Source: an uncultured Chloroflexia bacterium
GTDB taxonomy: Bacteria; Chloroflexota; Anaerolineae; CG2-30-64-16
Direction of reading: 5' to 3'
Length of the DNA stretch: 64,000 bases
NCBI GenBank assembly: GCA_963774265.1
Contig: CAVZDU010000001.1
Span: 1,344,001 to 1,408,000, forward strand
Notes under the pieces: model-generated
Seen by the model: the letters and a program-made list of their open reading frames with translations, nothing else
The model's database searches: none
Told to the model about the DNA's origin: nothing
Made by a program: the position numbers and the translations under genes
Shown: positions 19,641-27,551 of the stretch, in pieces
Position numbering within the stretch: the stretch's first letter is position 1
Layout of the letters: each line of letters begins with the position of its first letter

Positions 19641-20885
19641 TCAGGCGATCTGTAACATGCGCCGCAGCCGGAGCATGGGCAGCCGGTTGCGTAAGTAGTG
19701 GGCATAGGCGAGCGCGTCGGCCAGATCGCGCGGCTCCAACCCCAACTCCGCTACCGTGGTGGGGCCGCCAACGCGGCGCAAGGTGTCGATCACCGTCTCC
19801 GGCGTCGGAACGTCTGCGGCGATGGCCTGGATGTCGTCCCAATGGCTGAGAACTTTTTTGGAGAGAGCCGCGTAATCTGCCGCGTCCATGTCGAGGAAGC
19901 TTGCCTGTTCGCCGAACACCTGCTCCACGGCAAACGGCCACCCGGTCCGGATGTTGGCGATCTCCTGCTCGCGATCGGGCAATCCACTCGCTGCCAGCCG
20001 CCGGGCGGCTTCGGCCCGATTCATGCCGCGCACCTGTTGCCAGTAGCCAGCGATCAGCGACGTGCCCACGCCCACCTTTGCGCCATGCAAGAGTGCGGGA
20101 CGGTTCTCGTACAGCAGGCGCGACTCCCAGAAGTGGGACAGCAGATGCTCCGATCCGGAGGCGGGCAGGGAGATGCCGAAGTCTGCCATGCACAGGCCGG
20201 CCTCGATCAGCGCTTCCATCAGCGAGCGGATGCCGGAGGGGGTGGCGCGGCCAATCTCGTCCGCCGAATCGACGACCTTGTAGAGGGCGGTGGTGAAACG
20301 CTGCGCGATGGCCTCGTCAAAGCGGTCGGTCCACAATAGCGAACCCAACCGCCAGTCGGCCGTGGAGGTCCACTTCGCGATCACGTCACCTGCTCCGGAT
20401 GCGATCATTTTCCGGGGCGCCGCAGCCAGCGTGTCCAGGTCGGCAAAAATCGCCTGGGGCAGGTGACCCGGCGCCGTGATCTTGAGCCGGCGCACAACCA
20501 TCGGTGTGATCGGAGATGTGTAGCCGTCGACCGAGGGCGCGGTCGGCACGGAGATGAAGGCTCCACCGGTCTGCAGGGTGACAAAGCGGGTGATGTCGGT
20601 GATGGTGCCCGAGCCGACAGCCAGGAACGCGCGATCACGGGCCTCGTTGCGCAGCATGACATCGATCACCTGAAGCTCGTCGACGATGACTTCTGGCCCG
20701 GCAAGCAGGATAGTGCGCACGTCAAGGCCCGCGGCTTGCAGCCTGGCTTCCACCTGGCTGCCCAAGACGGCATACGTGTTGGCATCCGCGACGAGCGAGA
20801 AGCGGCGCAAACCCTGCTTTGTGATGTATGCGAGAAGCTGGTCGACGGCCCCGTGGCCGATATAGATAAATGGTCTCGTGGTCAT
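19641..20885 (-). CDS. sn-glycerol-1-phosphate dehydrogenase family (AraM/EgsA-like)
   Basis: AVGSGTITDITR, PTAPSVDGYTS, ASGSEHLLSHFWE and HGAKVG metal/NAD motifs. Confidence 0.85.
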   Translation of the reverse strand: MTTRPFIYIGHGAVDQLLAYITKQGLRRFSLVADANTYAVLGSQVEARLQAAGLDVRTILLAGPEVIVDELQVIDVMLRNEARDRAFLAVGSGTITDITRFVTLQTGGAFISVPTAPSVDGYTSPITPMVVRRLKITAPGHLPQAIFADLDTLAAAPRKMIASGAGDVIAKWTSTADWRLGSLLWTDRFDEAIAQRFTTALYKVVDSADEIGRATPSGIRSLMEALIEAGLCMADFGISLPASGSEHLLSHFWESRLLYENRPALLHGAKVGVGTSLIAGYWQQVRGMNRAEAARRLAASGLPDREQEIANIRTGWPFAVEQVFGEQASFLDMDAADYAALSKKVLSHWDDIQAIAADVPTPETVIDTLRRVGGPTTVAELGLEPRDLADALAYAHYLRNRLPMLRLRRMLQIA

Positions 20886-21145
20886 GTCATCTCCCTGGAC
20901 GATGGTCGAGGATGTCAGGATGCTGAAAGCAGATGAGGCGCTCGGTGAGCGTATCACCGATCACAGGGCATGTCAAACAAGGTTGAATTATGGCGGGAAG
21001 CGAGATTGCTGATCCCCATTCATCCAACATCTATAATATGCTTAAAGTTGCACTATGTGTGGAATTCGTTTCCTACACGCATGCGGCAAGTAATCCTGTG
21101 ACGCCGAACGAGTGGCGGTACGGGTGGAATCAGGGGGTGGCGTCG

Positions 21146-22111
21146 ATGTCAAGCACCATTAGTTTCACCTCGCCGAAGGATCTGAAGGACGCCCTCGGCG
21201 AACAAAAGTATATCGCGAGCGATGAAATCGCCACGATCATGTATCTGAGTCAGCAGCTTGGCAAGCCGCTGCTGACCGAAGGACCCGCGGGCGTCGGCAA
21301 GACCGAGTTGGCCAAGGCCATCGCGAGCGCAACCGGACGCGAACTCATCCGTCTCCAGTGTTATGAAGGGCTCGACGAGACCAAGGCGCTGTACGAATGG
21401 GAATATGCCAAGCAGCTGCTTTATACGCAATTGCTACGTGACAAGCTCCACGAGACGCTCGCCAGCACGGGGAGCCTGGCAGAGGCGGCGGACAAGTTGG
21501 CTGGGGAGGAGGACGTTTTCTTCTCCATGCGTTTCCTGTTACAGCGGCCTCTATTACGCGCCATTCTCAGCGACCAGCCCACGGTGCTTCTCATCGACGA
21601 AATCGACCGCGCCGATGCGGAGTTCGAAGCCTTCCTCCTTGAGGTCCTCAGCGATTTCCAGGTCAGTGTCCCCGAATTGGGCACCCTGCAAGCCGTGCAC
21701 CGGCCGCTTGTACTGCTGACCAGTAACAACACCCGTGAGCTGAGTGAGGCGCTCAAGCGCAGGTGTCTCTATTTGTTCATCAACTATCCGAATATCGATC
21801 AGGAACTGGCAGTCGTTCATCTGAAGGTGCCCGAACTTGCACCGAAGCTCGCCCGGCAGGCGGTGGAACTGGTGCAGCGGTTGCGCGGCATGGATCTGCG
21901 TAAGTCGCCGAGCATCTCTGAGACGTTGGACTGGGCGAAGGCACTGGTAACCCTGAATGCGCGGGCCTTGGACACCCAGACGCTGGAGACGACATTGAGT
22001 GTGCTTCTGAAGCACGAGACCGATCTTCAGCGCGTTCGGAATGAGATGAATCGGCCCACCGAGCGCCCCCGCTTCGACGACGAAACGGGGCGTTACCGCC
22101 GGCTGAATTGA
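21146..22111 (+). CDS. MoxR family AAA+ ATPase (CoxD-like)
   Basis: EGPAGVGKT, RLQCYEGLD, LLIDEIDRAD, TSNNTRELSEALKRRC. Confidence 0.92.
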   Translation: MSSTISFTSPKDLKDALGEQKYIASDEIATIMYLSQQLGKPLLTEGPAGVGKTELAKAIASATGRELIRLQCYEGLDETKALYEWEYAKQLLYTQLLRDKLHETLASTGSLAEAADKLAGEEDVFFSMRFLLQRPLLRAILSDQPTVLLIDEIDRADAEFEAFLLEVLSDFQVSVPELGTLQAVHRPLVLLTSNNTRELSEALKRRCLYLFINYPNIDQELAVVHLKVPELAPKLARQAVELVQRLRGMDLRKSPSISETLDWAKALVTLNARALDTQTLETTLSVLLKHETDLQRVRNEMNRPTERPRFDDETGRYRRLN

Positions 22112-22118
22112 GTTCACG

Positions 22119-23498
22119 ATGGACGAACGCATTGTTAAGTTCATTGCGGCTCTGCGCGGTGGCGGGGTGCGCGTCAGTCTCGCCGAGAGTGCGGATGCGT
22201 TCCGCGCGGTTGAAGAACTGGGGGTGACCGATCGCGAGCTGTTCCGCCTGAGTATGCGCGCGACACTGATCAAGGACGCAACGGATCTGTCCACCTTCGA
22301 CGAGTTATTTCCGCTTTTCTTCGGCACCTCCGATGCGCCGCCTCTGATGAACCTGGCGGAGGACCTCACACCTGAGGAGGCACAGACGCTGGCCCAAGCA
22401 TTACGTCAGTTTGCGGACCGGGTGCGGGATATGCTCGAACGCATGCTGCAAGGCAAGTCGCTGAGCCAGCGGGAATTGGAGCAACTCGGTCAGATGGTGG
22501 GGTTGAACCGTGCGGACAACCTGCGCCAGAAGGAGTGGATGGCGCGTCGCATGGCGCAGGCACTGAAGTTTAAGGATGTTCAGGCGGCGCTGGAGAAACT
22601 CCAGGAGTTGCTGGCCCAGATGGGCATGAACAAGCAACGACTCGACCAGATGCGCCAGATCTTGCAGGCGAACCAGCAGTCGACGATGGATCAGCTTCGC
22701 CAATATGCGGGGCAGAAGATCGCGGAGAATATGGCCGAGAGTCGCCCCGAGCAGCATGTCGACGCGCTCATGGATCGGCCGTTCACCGCTCTGTCAGACA
22801 AGGACATGGACATTCTCCGCAAGGAGGTCCAACGGCTGGCTGCTCGCCTGCGCAGCCGGGTCGCGCTCCGCCAGAAGCGAGCCAAAACCGGCCAGATCGA
22901 TGCCAAAGCGACAATCCGGGCCAACCTCAAACATGGCAATGTTCCCCTCATAATCAAGCACCGAGACCGGACGTTGAAGCCAAAGGTGGTCGCAATCTGT
23001 GATATCAGTACATCGATGCGCCCCGTGTCTGAGCTGATGCTGAGCCTGATCTACGCGTTGCAGGATCAGATCTCAAAGACGCATGCCTTCGCCTTCATAG
23101 ACCGACTTGAGTACGTCTCTCCTGACTTCCAGGGCAAGGAGGCGCGCGAGGCCGTTGGCGATGTCCTTTTGCGAATGCCTTCGGGCCATTACAACACCGA
23201 CCTGGGCGCCAGCCTGGCTGAGTTCACTCACAATTACCTGGACACGGTCGACAGCCGGACGACGTTCATTATTGTTGGCGATGGACGCAACAACTACAAT
23301 GACCCGCGGCTGGAGCTGTTCAGCTCCATCGCGCGGCGCAGCCGCCAGACCCTGTGGATCAATCCGGAATCGCCCACGCTGTGGAGCACCGGAGACAGTG
23401 ATATGCTAAAGTACGCGGCCTACTGCGATTCAGTCTTGCAGGTCAACACGTTGAACGAGTTGGCTGCGGCGGTTGACAAGCTGCTGGTCTCGCATTAG
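22119..23498 (+). CDS. VWA domain protein (CoxE-like)
   Basis: FIAALR..GV.VS N-terminus, MIDAS CDISTSM, GDGRNNY, WINPE. Confidence 0.88.
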   Translation: MDERIVKFIAALRGGGVRVSLAESADAFRAVEELGVTDRELFRLSMRATLIKDATDLSTFDELFPLFFGTSDAPPLMNLAEDLTPEEAQTLAQALRQFADRVRDMLERMLQGKSLSQRELEQLGQMVGLNRADNLRQKEWMARRMAQALKFKDVQAALEKLQELLAQMGMNKQRLDQMRQILQANQQSTMDQLRQYAGQKIAENMAESRPEQHVDALMDRPFTALSDKDMDILRKEVQRLAARLRSRVALRQKRAKTGQIDAKATIRANLKHGNVPLIIKHRDRTLKPKVVAICDISTSMRPVSELMLSLIYALQDQISKTHAFAFIDRLEYVSPDFQGKEAREAVGDVLLRMPSGHYNTDLGASLAEFTHNYLDTVDSRTTFIIVGDGRNNYNDPRLELFSSIARRSRQTLWINPESPTLWSTGDSDMLKYAAYCDSVLQVNTLNELAAAVDKLLVSH

Positions 23499-23522
23499 AG
23501 TTCCTGGAGGCCTGTCTTTTGT

Positions 23523-23556
23523 GCGGCGGCCCTTCTTTTCGGGGAGCCGCCGCTTT
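23523..23556 (+). terminator. Putative intrinsic terminator
   Basis: gcggcggc...gccgccgc followed by ttt. Confidence 0.55.
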
Positions 23557-23591
23557 GCTGTGAGAATCTAGCACTGTGAGGAGGAGGTTGT

Positions 23592-24998
23592 ATGAAGATC
23601 ACATTCTACGGTGCAGCCCAAGAAGTCACCGGGTCGATGCATCTCATCGAGGTCAATGAAAAGCGAATCCTGCTGGACACCGGAATGTTCCAGGGCCACC
23701 GTGACGACACTTACGAGCGCAATCTCAACTTCCCGTTTGATCCCAAGACCATCGATGCGGTTGTGTTGAGCCATGCGCATATCGATCACTCGGGCAATAT
23801 TCCGAACCTCGTGAAGCAAGGCTTTCCCGGGAACGTCTGGTGCACGCCGGCGACGCGCAACCTGAGCGTTTACATGTTGCTGGACAGCGGGCATATCCAG
23901 GAAAGCGACGCCGAGTACATCAACAAGCGCCGTCGCAAGGATGATCTCCCGCCGATCGCGCCGCTCTACACTCGCCAGGATGCGCAGGAGAGCCTAACGC
24001 GCTTTGTCACGATTGGCCTGCATCGTCCATTTCAGGTCGCCGATGGCGTGCAGACGACGTTCCACAATGCCGGGCATATCCTTGGTTCTGCCTGGGTTGC
24101 GTTGGATATTCGTGAGTTTGCTACGGGCAAGCAGTGGCGCTTGATCTTCAGTGGGGATGTGGGACGCCCAGGAATGGCCATCCTGAACGACCCGGAGCTG
24201 CCCGATGCCGCCGATATCTTGATCCTGGAAAGCACCTATGGCAACCGGCTGCACGCAACGCAGGCAGAGGCCAGGAACGAGTTGCGCGATGTGGTGCGCG
24301 AGACGGTGCGGAGGCGCGGCAAGGTGATCATTCCCTCGTTCGCAGTGGGGCGCACGCAGGAGTTGGTCTATGCGCTCAATCAACTCGAGGCGGATGGCGA
24401 TATCCCATCGTTGCCGATTTTCGTGGACAGCCCGTTGGCCGTGAACGCAACCGAAGTGTTCAGGCTGCACCCGGAGGAGTGGGACGAGGAGGTGGCCGCA
24501 TTCTTGCGAGACGAAAACCGGCGCAACCCCTTTGATTGGCAGAATGTGGAGTACGTGCGGGACGTGGTGCGCAGCAAGAGGCTAAATTACATGAAAGAAT
24601 CCGCGGTCATTATCAGCGCGAACGGCATGGCTGAAAACGGCCGTATCCTCCACCACCTCAAGAATAACATCGAGGAGCCGGAGAACACGATCCTGTTCGT
24701 GAGTTTCCAGGCGGAGAACACGCTGGGACGCCGAATCGCAAGTGGGGCACGACGCGTGAAGATCCTGGGCGAAGAGTACGACGTGCGTGCAAAGGTCGAG
24801 AGTATCGAAGGCTATTCCGCGCACGCGGACCAGACGGAATTGTTGGCGTGGGCCCGTCCGCTCGATCGCACCCGATTGCAGAAGGTGTTTGTCGTGCACG
24901 GCGAGCCACAGGCCGCGCAGACGCTGGCAGACAAGCTGCGCGGGGAGCGCGTCGCAGATGTGACCGCGCCCACACGAGGACAAACATTCACGTTCTGA
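23592..24998 (+). CDS. MBL-fold beta-CASP ribonuclease
   Basis: [52 protein letters not shown]. Confidence 0.92.
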   Translation: MKITFYGAAQEVTGSMHLIEVNEKRILLDTGMFQGHRDDTYERNLNFPFDPKTIDAVVLSHAHIDHSGNIPNLVKQGFPGNVWCTPATRNLSVYMLLDSGHIQESDAEYINKRRRKDDLPPIAPLYTRQDAQESLTRFVTIGLHRPFQVADGVQTTFHNAGHILGSAWVALDIREFATGKQWRLIFSGDVGRPGMAILNDPELPDAADILILESTYGNRLHATQAEARNELRDVVRETVRRRGKVIIPSFAVGRTQELVYALNQLEADGDIPSLPIFVDSPLAVNATEVFRLHPEEWDEEVAAFLRDENRRNPFDWQNVEYVRDVVRSKRLNYMKESAVIISANGMAENGRILHHLKNNIEEPENTILFVSFQAENTLGRRIASGARRVKILGEEYDVRAKVESIEGYSAHADQTELLAWARPLDRTRLQKVFVVHGEPQAAQTLADKLRGERVADVTAPTRGQTFTF

Positions 24999-25013
24999 TC
25001 TCTTCGTGCGTTG

Positions 25014-25058
25014 GAGACCTCAGCCGGTGATGCACAGAATTATAGCGGTTGAGGTCTC
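25014..25058. terminator. Hairpin between convergent genes
   Basis: gagacctcagccg ... cggttgaggtctc. Confidence 0.55.
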
Positions 25059-25064
25059 GCTGCT

Positions 25065-25817
25065 TTACTCAACTGGCGTCAACCAGCGATTCGTCCCATC
25101 CCCATCGGCGGCCCAACCATCGACGGTGTCGCTCTCCAGCTCCCACCAGGTCAGGTTATCCTGTTGCACTGGACCGCTCTTAATTGTGAACAGCGTTCCG
25201 CGCGGCACTTTTGCCACAGCATTTGCGCCGCGTCCCGGATCGGCGCGGACGGTGAGCACCTGCCCCGAGTCAGTGGTCACCTGTACGCGGTCGCCAACCT
25301 GGATGGCGCGGTCGACCAGCTTGAGCCCGGCCGGCGTTGCCGTCGGCCCTGCAGCCGCTTGCGTCTCGAGTCGCAACCACGGATCGTTCTGGGGTCCCGC
25401 CGCGACCCAGCCAGTCACGCCTGCGCCGTTGTCGACGCGGTACCAGTCGTAATTATCTGCCTGAGCCGGTCCTTCGAGAACGGTCACCAGTGCGTTGCTG
25501 TTCAGCCGGCCCACTTGCTTTGCCGCGGCACTGGCCGATTCGCGCAGATTTAGACCCCCCGTGGCCAGCACGCGCGCCTGCCGCATCATCGGTGTGGCCG
25601 GAGGTGGGGCTGTCGGGGTCGCTTCAGGGGGCTGCGTCACAGCGACGGTTGGTTGGGCTGTCGGCGCCACCGCACGAGTGGGTAGGGCGGTGGGCTCTTG
25701 CCCCGGCTCAAGTGTCGGTGTTGGGGTCACGCGCACCTGGAATCCGCCACATGCCAACGACGTGGCGAGCAGCACAACGATGGGGAGGAGGAGTACCCAA
25801 CGTCTATGATGTTGCAT
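25065..25817 (-). CDS. Lipoprotein with two bacterial SH3 (SH3b) domains
   Basis: SLAC lipobox, PT-rich linker, GLNLRE...GP...W...GWV and LTVRADPG...GP...WW...GW repeats. Confidence 0.78.
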   Translation of the reverse strand: MQHHRRWVLLLPIVVLLATSLACGGFQVRVTPTPTLEPGQEPTALPTRAVAPTAQPTVAVTQPPEATPTAPPPATPMMRQARVLATGGLNLRESASAAAKQVGRLNSNALVTVLEGPAQADNYDWYRVDNGAGVTGWVAAGPQNDPWLRLETQAAAGPTATPAGLKLVDRAIQVGDRVQVTTDSGQVLTVRADPGRGANAVAKVPRGTLFTIKSGPVQQDNLTWWELESDTVDGWAADGDGTNRWLTPVE

Positions 25818-25839
25818 CGTCCTTCTCTCTTACAGGTAC

Positions 25840-27519
25840 TTACATGCTTTCCGGAACCGATACGCCTAACAGGGCCAGCACCCGGGCGAAGACCGCCTTG
25901 GTGGCGGCGACCAGGCGCAGCCGCGCGCGGCTCAGGTCTGCATCAGCTGGATCGGAGGAGACAACCCGACAGTCTCGGTAGAAGGCGTGGAAGGTTGCGG
26001 CCAGATCCTGGGCATAGAACGCCAGGCTGTGCGGTGCAAGTTGCAGCGCCGCCTTTTCGATCGCCTCCGGCAACTCGGCCATCTTGCGCAGCAGTGTGAG
26101 CTCCCCGGGATGGACCAGCAAGGCCAAGTCGCCTTCCGTCCATTGCGATTGTGGGAAGCCGCGCTCTATCGCGGTCCGCAGGATGCTGGCCATCCGGGCG
26201 TGTGCGTACTGCACATAAAACACCGGATTCTCTTCATTCGCCTGGACAGCCAGGTTCAGGTCGAAATCAATGACTGATTGGTTGGCACGCGTCAGTAAGA
26301 GAAATCTTACTGCGTCAGGACCTACTTCGTCAACCACTTCGTCGATGGTGATGATATCGCCCGACCGCTTGGACAACTTGATTTCCTTGCCATCGCGGTA
26401 CAGGCGCACCATGTCGTAGAGCAGGATATCCAGCCGCGCCGGCTCCAAGCCTAAAGCCTCCATCAGATGGGGCATGCGCCGCGCCTGGTTCTGGTGATCC
26501 ACCGCCCATACGTCGATGACACGGTCAAAGCCGCGCATCACGAATTTGTTATAGTGATAGGCTACATCGGATGCATAGTACCCAGGCTGACCGGTTGAGC
26601 GGATCAGCACCTCATCGCGATCCGAGCCATATTTGCTCGTCAGGAGCCATTCCGCGCCATCTCGCACGACGGTCTGGCCTGCAGCCCGCAGCGCGGTGAT
26701 GACCTGATCGAATGTCCCATCCTCGTACAGGCTCTTTTCAGAGAACCAGTGATCGAATCGGATGCCTAACTTTTCGACTGAGGCACGGATCCAGGTCATG
26801 ACTGTCTGGCGCCCGATCGCGCTGAGCGCCGAGACGGCTTCCTCCTCGCTCACATGGAGGAAACGATCGCCGTGCTCAGCCTGTATCTGGCTCGCCAGTT
26901 CGATCATGTATTCGCCCTGGTAATGTTCTTTTTCCAGAGGGGCATCAAGCCCATGCGCCTGTTTGTAGCGGCGATACAGGGTCTCCGCAAACGTGCGCAT
27001 CTGCGTGCCCGCGTCGTTGACGTAATATTCTCGCTGCACGTTCCAGCCCGCGGCTGCAAGCACATTGCCCACGGCGTCGCCCAGCACCGCGTTGCGCGCG
27101 GAACCCATGTGCAGCGGTCCCGTCGGATTCGCGCTGATGAACTCAACCTGGCACGTGCGGCCGCGGCCCAGGTCTACGCTGCCGAATGTAGCGCCCTCGG
27201 ACTCAATCCTGGCGACGAGATTGGCGAGCCACTGGTCGCTCAACCGGAAGTTGATGAAGCCGGGCGGCAAGACTTCAACAGACGAAAATAGCTCCGACGC
27301 GGGGACATGTGTCACGAGCGTTTGGGCGATGGCCAGCGGGGCCATCTTCGCAAGCTTGGCGGCTTGCATGGCAACGGTCGATGAGTAGTCCCCATGTTTG
27401 GGGTCCTTCGGCCGGCCGATTTCAATGGCTGGGACTTCAAAGGGCGGCAAATCGCCTGTGTCCTGTGCATGGCGCACGGCGGCGGCGACCAGTTCTGCGG
27501 TTCGATCACGTACGAGCAC
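25840..27519 (-). CDS. argS: Arginine--tRNA ligase
   Basis: EFISANPTGPLHMG, EYYVNDAG, KLSKRSG, YVQYAHAR, DALR domain. Confidence 0.97.
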   Translation of the reverse strand: MLVRDRTAELVAAAVRHAQDTGDLPPFEVPAIEIGRPKDPKHGDYSSTVAMQAAKLAKMAPLAIAQTLVTHVPASELFSSVEVLPPGFINFRLSDQWLANLVARIESEGATFGSVDLGRGRTCQVEFISANPTGPLHMGSARNAVLGDAVGNVLAAAGWNVQREYYVNDAGTQMRTFAETLYRRYKQAHGLDAPLEKEHYQGEYMIELASQIQAEHGDRFLHVSEEEAVSALSAIGRQTVMTWIRASVEKLGIRFDHWFSEKSLYEDGTFDQVITALRAAGQTVVRDGAEWLLTSKYGSDRDEVLIRSTGQPGYYASDVAYHYNKFVMRGFDRVIDVWAVDHQNQARRMPHLMEALGLEPARLDILLYDMVRLYRDGKEIKLSKRSGDIITIDEVVDEVGPDAVRFLLLTRANQSVIDFDLNLAVQANEENPVFYVQYAHARMASILRTAIERGFPQSQWTEGDLALLVHPGELTLLRKMAELPEAIEKAALQLAPHSLAFYAQDLAATFHAFYRDCRVVSSDPADADLSRARLRLVAATKAVFARVLALLGVSVPESM

Positions 27520-27551
27520 GAATGGTTCTCCGATTTGAGATAAGTGGCGAT

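Noticed and set aside
18799-20193. 464-aa version of the HAD ORF (and extended starts at 6834, 11973, 18521, 20957, 20990, 34216, 41812, 61824)
   Set aside because: The extensions overlap neighbouring genes or promoters and lack RBS; shorter starts fit the family N-termini
21146-24998. AAA+ ATPase, VWA and nuclease as an anti-phage defence system
   Set aside because: The ATPase/VWA pair is CoxD/CoxE-like, the nuclease is a housekeeping-type beta-CASP protein, a terminator separates them, and no defence-island context is present
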